DNA from: Ptychomitrium polyphyllum
Taxonomy: Eukaryota
DNA: 64,000 bases
NCBI GenBank assembly: GCA_973851085.1
Contig: OZ316775.1
Span: forward strand, 16,058,001 to 16,122,000
Direction of reading: 5' to 3'
Made by a program: the position numbers and the translations under genes. This document shows positions 1 through 14,724 of the stretch, one piece after another (the stretch's first letter is position 1; the number at the start of each line of letters is the position of its first letter). The notes below the pieces were generated by a model. That model was given only the letters and a program-made list of their open reading frames with translations, was not told the origin of the DNA and ran no database searches.

Positions 1-998
1 GAAAGCCATACTCACTTCTTTACTATAATTTATGGATTTTTTTTACTTTAATGGCTGCTTGTAAGTTCCTTACTTGTTCATTCAATGAGAACTAACTCCA
101 TTTAGGAATAATTTTTAGAAGAAATTTCTAAAGGGAAAGTAAATGAAATAATGGAAGGTTGATCCATTGCAAGTTCTAAAATGTAATGCCTAATTAGAAC
201 ACTTGCATGACACAAGTGGTAATCTAACTGTTGGCATTGCGGCCCAAATCCAACTTCATTGGTGCTAACACATACAGAAATAACTGTAGCAGCTACTACA
301 CAGGTTTAACTAAAAAATTTGGATGAAATTGATATGTTAAACTGGAAACAGTATACACAAATCTTTCATGTAAAAAAATAGTACAATCAGTATCACTTAA
401 ACCTAAGCAGACCTAACTAAAATCTAAGCTTAAAGAGGTGAACCTCAATTATGGAAGCTTTATTTCCAACTGCATCGAGCCACATCAATTGAGCACTCCT
501 CTCCAGGCCCTCCTGAGGTTGAGTCAGCCTCCATTTGCTGCATCTTGCAAAACAACTCCATCCTGCAACACTTGGAAACAAAGTTGTCCAAAAGCTTCCC
601 TGCTCTAGTCTCTCAGGATACGGTAGACATGTCTCCATCAGGAATACGATCACTGTGAATTAACATTAGAAACATCGAAAACGGAGCAGGTACAAGTACA
701 AATTCAGAGTGCAAGAGCCTTACTGCCAATCCATACCTAATGCTGCTTGAGTGGTCAAGGGAGCTAAGTGTGGCTGAGGTGCAGTCATTTGAGGATTTGC
801 TTTCGGAATGCTGCCAGGTGGTTGTCAGTTGGAACTAACTGAAAGCACTTGACAACCACACGGAACAAATTCATGGTAACTGAATTGAAAATGTAGCAAC
901 TTGTTAGCTTCTGCACTTGGAATCGTCACCAATATTCCAGCTGCTCATTTCTCTCTCCCATCCTTGGCAACATCACCTGATCAACCTTCCCCTGGTCT

Positions 999-2975
<1,977 letters not shown>

Positions 2976-3354
2976 TAAAGCTTACTAGCTACTTTGTGAA
3001 ACTTGATCTAGTGTCCCGTGACCACCATCAGCCTCGTCCAGTCTCCACGTAGGTCCAGCCTTGTACTGCAGTCATGGTCTTACTGAGAGCTACTAAAGGG
3101 ATTGGCAGGTGTGGTTGAAACGATTGCTCTCTAGACAAAGGCACTCTAACTGTAATTTTGTGACGCCAACTACATGCAGTCTGTGTCGGGGTGACAGGTG
3201 GGTTTCAATGGGTGGAAGCCTGACAGATAATTTCCTATTTAAGAGTTAAACTTAGAAGACATATGCCAACTTGCCAGTTCTGCCTTTGAGAACGGGTGCT
3301 TGGAATCTTCCACGTGATCCGAAAACGTTTACTCTTATATTCCTAGTTCTGAAG

Positions 3355-3433
3355 TCTGAGAACAAGACTTCCTGAAAGACTTGAGAACTAGACTTCCTGA
3401 AAGACTTGAGAACTAGACTTCCTGAAAGACTTG
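3355..3433. repeat. Tandem repeat, about 3 x 25 bp (GAACTAGACTTCCTGAAAGACTTGA)
   Basis: Head-to-tail copies with no spacers, seen directly. Confidence 0.85.
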
Positions 3434-6400
3434 GGAATGAAAAACAGTAAGGAATTGAATTGGATAAGTACAAAGGTGCACAAACATTTTATTATATTGA
3501 AAACTAGAACGGAGCCATTGCAATGCAACAGCAATGGATGGATGAGAGCATAATGGATGTGAAACCAAGCGACATCTTCCTACACCTTCCTACAACAAGA
3601 TTTACAATGGATACTAACTCCACATATATCACACCTTAAGTTGGTAATAAAACCAAAGTCAACCTTAAGGTCATTTGAGCAACAAATACGTTATTATAAT
3701 CAACAATACTTAAATAGCATTCTACTTCAATTGCTAGATGTTTTTTATGATTTGATTTTGGTGGTAGTGACTTGGTTTCTTGCAATCTTTAAAATGAATT
3801 TGCATTCTCAAATGCATATCTATTAAAATGACCATTCTTTTAGTTCTTAGACAACATTATTAAAAAAAACCTTATTATGCTAAAAAATTGGTTCATTTTT
3901 TTTTCTTTTGAAAAGATAGTTATAAATTTGAGGTCTTCAAATCTAAATACTTATTTAGAGGATGTATGCAATTATCTATGATTATTTATGATTTTTATTT
4001 ATTTATAAGGATCTTTTATATATTCCATCTTCTTTCAAGAACATCCATGTGTGGAATAAAAGTGACAACATATAATATATCAAATTTAAAGTTCTACAAT
4101 TTTTTTTAATAATATTTTTAATCCATCCTTGTTTGAACGTATGGAAGTTGTACTTGATAAGTTTACTCTAATGATGATTTATATTGATTGTGAATATTTA
4201 ATGAAACCTTTGTTGTTGAATCCTTCAACATTACCAATACAAACCAAAAAAAAAGTTTATGTCAAATTCAAAATCTAGAATAACAATTCAATTTAAATAA
4301 TTGAGTGAATGAAGTAATGGCAACCTTGAAGTTTACATTTGCTACAAGAAGTAGAAGTTTGGTAGGCATTTTGTTGTAAGGTTGTATTTATAGTTATAAT
4401 ATGATAGGAATGAATCGATGGAATATAATAGCACCCTATAATATAAAAGTATGCTTTAAGCATTTATTGGAGGCTATTCTATATCATTGTAATTTCTAAT
4501 TTATAGCCTAAATAAAAAATTCCACCTTGTCTTTATTTACAAAGTATTTCCAAAAGTGTTCCTTGTCAAAAGAGGTTAATACATTGTACCAATTAGTTGT
4601 TATATAATAACAATTAAGGTGTTTTAATAATAAATATTATATAACTAAATATCTTAATTTCTTGAAAATTTCAAATATCAATTTTTAATTTTTTTTGAAT
4701 TTTCAAAAACGACATAGCTTTTTTTAAAACAACCTATGAAGTATGATATTAGAAAGTGGATATTTTCTATAATGATTGATTTAGTTAAAAAGTATGATTT
4801 TCAATAATTATTAAAAATGGTTTGTATTTTAAGGATTAAATGTAAACAACTATATTAATCAATGATTTTAAATTATCTTTATCTTATTTTTAACATTCAA
4901 TAAAATCCTATATCTTCAAATTCATTAAAAACCTCAAAAATTTCTTTACAATAATCTATTGAATCTTATAATATATTAAAAGTTTTGAAATACGTGAATA
5001 TCAATTTTCTTTACATATTTATAAAAAAAAATGTTTAAAATGGACTTTAATATAATTCTTCTAATTTTTAAAAAAATTAATTGTTTAATCTCTATCTACT
5101 AAAAATTATTGTTTTTATAAAATTTGAATAAAAATTATATAAGAGAATGGTCTATTTTGAAATTTTGAAATTTCAAAATTAAATTAAATTTCAAAGGTTT
5201 TTTTCCAAAAAAGGTAGTATGTTAGAAAAGAAGGTTTTTACTTAATTTTGAATTTTCCATACAAACTAGAGTATTAGATTCAAGAAAAGACATATCTATT
5301 CCTATAGAATTACAACTTTGAAATTTGGACATTAATGGAATTTAGTTGACGATGATAATATCCAAAATTTAAAGCCATAAGTCCATAGTATACTCCATTG
5401 CAAAATAAATATTATAGTATTCAATAAAGAGTTTAGATTGGTAGAACCTATTGCCTTGCATAATAAAAGTTTGTTTTGAACTTGTGATTTTATAGAACAT
5501 AAATGATAACAATCTATTAGATTCAAAGTTTTATTTTGGAAAAACTAGATTGTTTCCAAAATCTTAATTTGTGATGTAATTTTTATAAACATGATAGCTT
5601 TAAAATGCAATTTGACCATATAATTTCTTTGTGTCTCATCTAATTACTTAAATGAACAAAATTCTCACAAATCCAGTTTCTTAAAGCATAAAATTACAAG
5701 AGCTATAACGTACAATGATAAATATTACATGAAGCAAAAATGGAACTAAACATAGACAATTCATTTAATACATATTGTAAGCAGTGATTTTTTAAAAATA
5801 AAACAAAGATAAAGAATGGTAGTTCTTTTCAATGCCATTATTGTAAGGTAATATGAAAGCATGATTACAAAAGGTATAACAAGGTTATATGGTAGAAAAT
5901 CCACACATGTGCTTATACATTTTTCTTCTCCTTTCAAATTTTTGTTCATAAGGATCAATTATCTTTACATAATTGATCAACACACACTCCTCTTTGAGGT
6001 TGCCCTCTAATCATCCATGTACCATCACATGCATGCATTACCACATCACACAGTCGATAGCATCTCATGAAGTTGTACAGGAATGTGCTTAGTCATGACC
6101 AAACAGTATGGGTTTTTCACAAGTGCAGTGTCACCCCAACTCTCGGCCACTTCACACGCACCCAGCCCGGAAGTGAAATGGTGGAGAAAAATGACTCCGA
6201 ACACAGAAAGTTGTGCAAGAATCCTGTCTGCATCACCAAACTTCAGCACGTGCACAGGGGGGATGCTGATTCGACGTGGAAACCTTGAGATCGCTGTCGG
6301 TTGCTCCGAAGCTGCTGCCATGGCATTTGCATGATGCGATGATGCGGTTTGAGTGGAGGCTGGAGGCGAGGAAGGAGTGTGTGGTTCGTGCTCATTGCTC

Positions 6401-6711
6401 GGGCTCTTCCCATCGCAATCTTACTGTGGCTTGAGACGCTCCAGGGCTTAGTCTGGGCTTGCTTTGGTTTCATCCTGCTTACAGGCCTTGACCAGGCTCT
6501 TGTGCAATGCTGACAGTTGGAATGATGTTGCAGTCCTTTCTTGTCAGTGGCAACACCATCTGTCGTGACGAAGCATCTGGTTGGCGGTCACGGCGCGAGT
6601 CCAGTACAGAGACTCGGAGTCTGTAGGCCCCGAGAGGTCTGCCAGCAGAGTGGAGTCCGTGGTGCGTGCAGCTTGGAGGAACGAGGCGGTGCTCTTTCGG
6701 CAGGGTTAGGA

Positions 6712-7182
6712 TTATTGCCCAGCTGCGAAGATCTCAACAGGGAACGACTCCTTGGTGGCAGATTTGCCTCCACCAGTCTTGAAATATATTTTGCCAGACG
6801 GTGGATCGTCCAGCCATACCTCCGATGCAGAGGCAGCGAGAAACAACTCCTTGTTCTCCTCGTGCTTTATCTTCAACCCCTTCAAAGTGGTCATCTTCCC
6901 TCTCTGTATCCTTCCCGAGACCTCTGAGTGGTACACAACCAGCAGCTTCGCTCTCGGAAACGCATGCTCCTGTCTTTTTGGCTGCTTTATCCAGAAGAAG
7001 CCCGTTTTCTCTACGAACCCATACTCTTCAACACTTGGCAGAGGAAACATGCCACCCAGGAATCCGAACCCTTGTAACAGGGCAACGAACTTGGCCAATG
7101 CCTCAGCACCTGTCACAATTACTGCGCCCTCCCGTTCGGTCGAACTCCCTGCATTATTTGATCCGCGCGCTTTCGGAGCCAT
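6712..7182 (-). CDS. DUF538-family plant protein (156 aa, single exon)
   Basis: Intact ORF with the DUF538 pattern: LLQGFGFLGGMFPL..VEEYGFVEKTGFFWIKQ..HAF..VVYHSEVSGRIQRGKMTTLKGLKIK..EVWLDDPPSGKIYFKT..SFPVEIF. Confidence 0.85.
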   Translation of the reverse strand: MAPKARGSNNAGSSTEREGAVIVTGAEALAKFVALLQGFGFLGGMFPLPSVEEYGFVEKTGFFWIKQPKRQEHAFPRAKLLVVYHSEVSGRIQRGKMTTLKGLKIKHEENKELFLAASASEVWLDDPPSGKIYFKTGGGKSATKESFPVEIFAAGQ

Positions 7183-8797
7183 TAATTTCTCACACCATAC
7201 GATGGTTTTGTGACAATTTCACTCCATGGTCGGTATCTGCATCTTTAGAGCACTAAGACATAGTTGGAAATATCCAACACTTGACGCCACTCTGATAATC
7301 CGGCAGCATACCAAGCGACCAGCGAGGAAGACATAGGTTTCTGACACAAGGGCATGACAATATTCAACCCCAAGTTACCCTAATCAAGAATATGTGGCTT
7401 GAACTACTAAACGAAATGCCGACACAAGATAGCCCCGGAAATATTGCACAGAATGTACAGAGAATCTTCCACACCAGGATAATTGGTCAAGCATCTGCGT
7501 CACTCCAAACCCGTGTTCCACTGCGAAGCACTCGCCTCCATCGAGCAGAACAGCGAAGTCATACACAGTGCCATCATCTCAAGCTGAGCGAGGCTCTGAT
7601 TCGATGACACATTTTGTGAAAGTAAACTAACTGAAGTTATGGATCTACATAACCTAAAACAATTGGAGTCCTGGATCTTTTTACTTCGGTCTTAAGAGGA
7701 TCAGTTTACACACAGCCTAAACCCAATCTATGCAGAAAATTTCTCAGAACATGGTGTCCTAGAAAGATCAGACCTATTTCAAAGTCCAGTTACCGTGCCT
7801 GTCCAGTGACGATACTTCAAACGTGCATCCCCAAGCTTTGAAATTGTGGTTCCGGGCGGTTCTGAGAAGGTCGTCTCAAGACTCGTACAGTATCCCAGTA
7901 AGTTACATTTCCCTGAAACTGACAAAGTTTTAGTATTTATATTCTAACCCAGACTGTTCCACGTGTTACTCATCATTTCATACACAAGTTGAAGACTAAT
8001 TTCACCTTAACGTCCTTTCTCTATGTAACACAAACTCATAGATTCGGGAAAATGGAAACTGGATACAAATATTAGTCCATCAACTACAATTGGCCTGTCA
8101 GCCCCAGTTATCTCAGAGTGGTCTCCATATCTCAGAGCTGACAAAATCCTGTCATTACAAGATATTACAATAACAAAACCAAAGGAGTGAGTCCCAGACA
8201 TCTGAGAGTGCTGACAATACCCTATAAAAATTTAGAATTCCTACATGCTCATGGAGATTATATTCACAGATACAATACAATATCTTACAATCACAAGGCC
8301 AGTGACTGAATCGGAACCTTGGCAGAATCTGAACAAGGTCGAGATTTTAGTTCTATTCAGGAACACCGGACATTGCAACACGTGCCCTTATTTCAAAACA
8401 TCAAGAAAACCGAAATTTAAAAGAGGCTCAAATTGAATCTTACACATAATAAATCCAAAACGGACCTCTACTACCCTGAATCCACCTCCAAGTGAGGGAC
8501 AAATAAACCTTATAAATGAAAGTTCACAAGAACAGATAGTGTCCATGTAAATTTCACTCAGAGAACTAATACCATGCAGCGAGATTGATAGAACTAACAT
8601 TCAAACGACAAAAATTACTATCTGAAAGAGAGGAAGCAGCAAACGAATACTTGTTGGCTGCGCCTCACCACTTCCGAACCTAGCGCAACGTGCCCTTGTG
8701 AGCACGTGACAAGAAAACAGACTATATCCTACAGTTCCCGTTGGTTGGACTGCTGCGCTCGTTGTCTTGGTCATACTCAAAGCAGTCACGGTCAAAA

Positions 8798-11700
8798 TTA
8801 CCAACGATCTTGACGATCTTGACGTTCTTCCACAGGCCTCCCACCACCGATAACAGGGCGCTGCCCAACAGCTCTGCTCCCTAAACGACCTGCAGGATGA
8901 GCATACACTCCACTCCGAGGAGGCTCATCCCCTCGTGCACCTGGAGCATCATACTTCCGTCGTACTGGAGGCTCATGTCCCCGCGGAGGAGCATCAGGAT
9001 CAGACATACGAATCCGGGAAGGTTGAAAGCGGTTTGAAGGAGGGGCTGGAACGTCAGCTTCTCCTTCGACCTGCCTATCAGTTTCGCGAGAAGGAGCCAA
9101 ACCTCTTCCACCAAACGGAGGACGACGCTCCTCTGCATAAGGACGAACATCTCGTCGGTCATTCCAAGTGTCAGAGCTCTCTCTGCTGGGACGGCTGAAG
9201 TCCTCACCACTCTCCAGCTTCTTTCGAAGTGAAGGAGGGATGAATTTTCCAGGCTTCTCCTCCAATCTGGCTTTCAAGGCCTCCTCCCTCTCACGTTTCT
9301 CCCTCTCTTCAGCTGCAATCTCCGCCTGTCGTTGCTTTGCAGCCATTTCTTCTAACTTGGCCCGACGCTCAGCCTCCGCTTTGCGTTTCTGCTCTTCCTC
9401 TGCAAAGAGAGTAAAACCAAGACCCCAGGTAACGTTAAATAATCAAATGGTTGCCAAGCAATCCTAGACTGGCAATTATTGCAGCTGTTAAAATGGTTAA
9501 TAAACGTTGATCACTAGGGATGGATACAAGCCGTCAAATACTCACCTTCCTTCTTTCTAGCCTCCTCTTCTTCCTGTAGCTTCAGAAGACGTTGTTCTTC
9601 TTGTCTTTTGAAGAATTCTTTTTTACGTCTAATCTCACGCTCTTGACGTCTGATCTCTCGTTCCTCAGCAAGTCTCTCCTCGCGCAAGCGCTGCAACCTT
9701 GCAAACTCTCCTTGCCGACGGCTCACAACTTGTTGCTCAAAAATCGCCTGATTCATCGCAACAACTCAGATCTTTGAAGACAAGTTCCAAAAAGGAAGAG
9801 AAATCACTAACAAAGCACACGTTAAGGGTTCCACATGGACATACCTTGTCCTCTGCCATCCGAATCAGCCTGTGCTTCTCAACCACATTGGTCTCATGCT
9901 CCTTCTTGCTCTGCTCAATGGCTTGCTGAAAAAACAAAAATTCAGAGTTACGTATATGCAAACTATATTTAACCAAAAGTAAATTAAAAGCAAATGTGTC
10001 CACTCTGCATGTCTCCGATGAGGTTGAAAATACCTCCTGCTGTTCCTGGTAAAACTTCTCATCATCCTGGAGCCGCTTGCGGTAAGCCTCTTCAATTAAC
10101 GGTCTCTCCTCCTCCCGCTTTGCACGTTCTAAATGATCCATACTCTTGGACAGCTTCTGAAGCTTACGTTCCATTTCTTGCCGCTCTCTCATTTGCTCAC
10201 TCAAAGCCTCTTCCATAAGGAGTTGCTTTGTGAGCTTAGTAACCTCCTGCGATTCCCACCATTTAAACAAACCAGAAAAATATGGCCACAAACTTGCTGT
10301 ACACAAAATAACACTGGTATACTCTTCAAAAAGACTCATGTATAAACCTCTTAAAGTAGTTCTACTGAAACATAACAGACATTAGTACAGTGGTGGTAAC
10401 AATATTCGCATGCAAGCAGCAATGAGAAAATAAATATGCACCATTTTGTTTTATTTTAAATTGCAAATTTTTACACTTCGTAAGAAGCATCTCACACTTA
10501 CTCCATCAATAGCAGCCTTCTTGCCCTTCTTTCCCTTCCTCTTTTCAGCCTCAGCAAGCAGTGCCCTTGCTTCTTCTAGTTCCTTTTCTTCGATTTCTTT
10601 GCGAATTCTAGCTTCCTCTCGCCTAGCTGACTCGTTCGCAAGCCTCTTTGCCTCGGCTTCCTCTGTCAAACGTTGATGCTTTAACCTCTTCGACTCTTCT
10701 TCTCTTTCCTATTCAATAAAGATTATTCAGATGAAAAATGTCAGGAACTCACCATGTACAGAATATCAAATAACACCAAGTTCTGCCACGGTTTTAATAA
10801 CCATGTCTTCTTAAGAATTACTAAATGAAAAAGATCCGAGGATCTCGTGTAAATCTTCACCCAATTGATTAATATAAAAGTATAGTTACGCACCATTTCA
10901 AGCATTTGTCGCTCCTGTTCTTCTTTGCGACGCTCAATCAAAACCTTGCGAGCAAGCAGCTTTTTATGCTCCTTCTCTACAACGGTTTGGAGTTCTGCAA
11001 AAGCCGTAGTTTGCCTGTGTGACCTCTCCACAGAAGGTGGATCGATCATGAGACAAGCCTTCTTCAACCTCTTTGCAAGAATAGTAAGGTGTGTTTTCAC
11101 CTTTTCAGATTCTAAATCCTGCAAAAATCCATCCACATACATGAACCACATGCTTATAAGATATGTTCTTGTTGACCCGCAAGAATCAGCAATTTCTAAG
11201 TACTGTACAATCTGAGTTGACATGCTATCAGAATTCAAGTCGAATGCATGAGTTTACCTGGCTTCCAAAATTGATCGCTTCTTTCAAATGATCAACCTTC
11301 ATTTGCACATAGTTGTACTTCACAGCTTCAACGATCAATTTCTCAACAATTGAAAAGTCAAAAAAGGTCACCATCCGGGTTAATTCGGAAATTTTGATGG
11401 TTGAATAGACTTGAGATGCCTGCTGAAGCACTCTCAAAGTTGTCAATATTTCGAGAGTTGGAGCATACTGCTCCAAATGTACTTCTGGAACAGGTGATGC
11501 TGATGATAGCTTGTCGCTCAGATTAGGAAGCTTAGATAGAACGGGTTGAACTCTTGAAGCCAGGTCAAGTGGATGAAACTCGTTTTCTAACAAAGTATAC
11601 AGGTCTTTCACCTCCGGTGAGACGTACGTCAGCACACCTTTTGCAACCTTAAAAAAACACAAACACAGCACCTCACCATAATTACTTGAAACAGCAATTA

Positions 11701-14700
11701 AATTGGCACAATGCATTGCGAGTTTGGCGAGACCACAGAAAAAAAGTACCAACGTCATATTCATGTGGAAGATACGGGCTAAGCAGAGAAAGACAGTTAC
11801 TTGTGACTCAAATAAATCGATAATAGACTTAAAATTGTGAACATCCCTGTCTGAGAAAGTAACTTCAACAAAACCTTGATGGCACAATAACAGCGTAACC
11901 AACTATATCTACTATCCAATACCTACTACCTAAAACCATAAGAAATAAACAATTCAAAATAGTAGACATAAAAAATTTCACAAATTAAGTGAAGACTTCA
12001 GGTGAAATTCAGTCTTACAAGTTCAGAAAGAAGAGCTGTTCTTGAAAGCTGCAAAATCAAAGCACCAACACAAAAAGCTACTAGGTAAATCATCTCCATG
12101 AGATATCAACTAGCTCAACATTTACATACGTAAAAAGATGATTTAAAAGAATGGCGTCAAAATGAATTCAACTAAGATGCGTTGACCCCAAAAAAGTAAC
12201 CTTTCTCGATAAAGGCGATTGCTATAATAAACTTTAATTTTAGTAAGTTGTTTTTTTTATAACTGTAGTAGCTTTTTTATTTGCCCAATACAGCTTAAAC
12301 AGTTGACAATATATATATAATTTTACTCTTTTCATAACTTAAGGCAGGCAGAATTTAAAAAAAACTTCGCATCAGTTATATCAAACTCATGTCAGAAAAC
12401 GAAAACTTGTCAGAACACAAGTCAGGACACAAACTGACGAAAATAAGGAAGAAAAACTACGCCTCGGATATATTTACAGTATTCACTTACCACTTCCCGA
12501 GAATCCTTTTTGGCGTCTATATTGAAACCCAGGATATTGGCCATCCGAACGTTCCTGTCCTTTTCCATCTCCAACTCAAAGTGATGGGCACCATGCTTGC
12601 GATCATAAGGGGGTACAGCAAGAGTTGCCAATACAACAGAAGATGCCATCAGTTGCAAATCCTTTGCTGTAAGATTCTTGTTGTAACTCTTCTGCAGATT
12701 ATACAACTTGTACCATGCGTATGCATGATATAGGTGATTATCAGACACCCAATAGATTTGGGTCAACTTTGCATAGTAGACAGCCATCATTTGCGGTTTG
12801 GGTGTTCTTTTCACCATTGACATGAGTCCATGGATATCCTCTATCGAGCGGAATGCTTCCTGGGAAAATACAAAAATTGCATGTGTTCAGATGCTAAAAT
12901 CTCCGCTTTTAATCAACCTTGTATCAACCCGATCAATACGACGTTATAGAAGAACATGTCAGACGTAAGCCCAATTTCGATCAACAATGATACAAAAACA
13001 ATATCATAACTGAGAAGGACTTAGCCTATAACAGGTGCAACTAAGTAAAACAATTATGTCACTCAAATTGATGCAACTTGTGACATTATGATACTAGGTT
13101 AGACAGTGAAGAAACCGCACCTGCCATAGCTCTAGCTCTGTGGCTATCTTGAGCTGCTCAAACCTAGTCTCCAAGTACAGCTGCAAACTTTCGGGCTGAG
13201 TAAGATCAGGCCTATCACGCTGATCTCTGTACTTGTTCAGATTGGTAAGATGATTACGAAGAATCTCACAAAGACGACGAAACTCAGTAGTACGCTTATA
13301 TTGCAGACAAAACTGGAAGGCTCGGTGCGCAGTCATCTGTAAGCACATTAAAAACAGGCAATATGAGGGGAGGAAACATACGAAAGGCTGTGACGGAGGA
13401 AGAGGAATACGATTTCACGCGTAGCAGGCAATCATTTGAGATTAAGCAAATGCGCCAACATAACCTCAGCCAACTATATCCATATAAGTCCTGCTTACAG
13501 TATATCCATAGATCTCCGACTAACATTTCCTTTTAATTGCAACAAGCGGTAAAGTATCCAGGTTGAGCTGTACTTACAGCATATAGGGATTCCAGCTTTG
13601 AATTGTTCCGCAAGATTTCTAAGACAGTTCGGTACGTTTCCCATAAGAATTTAAACCACGGAGTCACTGTCTCGCGATCAGAGCGTTCTTTGCCCTTCTC
13701 GCCACTCACATAACTCAACATCAAATCTTCTGGCCTTTTCTCAGCCTCCAAGTCCTCTACATCCAAAGTTACCTCAGCAGCAGCTGCTTCAGCTTGTGCC
13801 TTTTCAGCCCGCTCACTAGACAGCTGAAGAAAATACTTAATAACTTCTTCCAGCGAACTGACATTAACTTGCTGACAAACTATCCTGTACTGGATAAGGC
13901 CATCCTTCGCAAATCTACCCTTCTTCATGTCCACACAGAGCTCCACATACTTGAACATAATCTTCTCTAGTGTCTTCTGCCATGCTCGATACCTCTTGGA
14001 TGTAATGAGGTCGTGAAGGGCTTGCAGAGCAGCCTGCTTTTGACCAACATTCATCAACTCTGTCGCCGACCAAAATCAAAGTTAGCCCAACCGACGTACA
14101 CAACAGTCAGCACACATAATCTATGTACCCTTCTCATCTCTTACAAATTATAAAATCTAGAGCAACCGTCTCCGAACAAGAGTCCCGAGATATAGTCCTT
14201 GCTTCAGTTGGAAATAACCGTCAATCTCAGCATCGAAATCAAAATGCTCCCCTTAAACACAACTCCTTGCTGCACAGTCGTCAGCATGTACCGAACTAGA
14301 AACCGACCCTCTAACAAGCAATATCATAGCGCTTCATCAAGCAATTACACTATCTCAAACACACTAAATCAAATTAGGTCTACCTAAAAAAATTGAAGTC
14401 ATATAGCCATAAACAACAGGTTCACCAAAACGAAATCTGCCTTCAATCCAAACAAGAAACCGAAACGGCGCCTACATCCAAGATTGAGCTCAATGCTCAA
14501 AGTCCCATTCTCTCCCGCGACAAACAGTCATTGCACACAATCATCACCCGCACAACGAACTAAACTAAACAAACAGCATGAGTTCAAAGCAAGGAAAGCT
14601 TGCAAATTTAGCGCAAGAACCTCCATCCGTCTCGTTTCATTGCTGCAAAGCGCAATTGCAAACCCTAGGAGAGCGTACCTTCGGCTCGCTTGAGCGCATT

Positions 14701-14724
14701 CTCGGGCTTGGCGAAGGTCGCCAT
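8798..14724 (-). CDS. EIF3A: Eukaryotic translation initiation factor 3 subunit A; 12 exons: 14679-14724, 13578-14059, 13121-13336, 12491-12859, 12019-12048, 11258-11647, 10894-11118, 10502-10708, 10034-10246, 9845-9925, 9546-9747, 8798-9399
   Basis: Starts [22 protein letters not shown]; contains [25 protein letters not shown] and [18 protein letters not shown], a PCI region, an E/R/K coiled coil and an RD/RP-rich tail. All junctions are GT-AG and phase-consistent. Confidence 0.96.
14660..14667. promoter_or_regulatory. Telo-box AAACCCTA in eIF3a intron 1 (related AACCCTAA at about 14940)
   Basis: Exact motif. Telo-boxes are known near the 5' ends of plant translation-machinery genes; function here is inferred. 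Confidence 0.45.

Noticed and set aside
6046..6711. Moderately GC-rich ORFs downstream of the DUF538 stop
   Set aside because: No recognisable domain or consistent exon structure; probably 3' UTR or intergenic.
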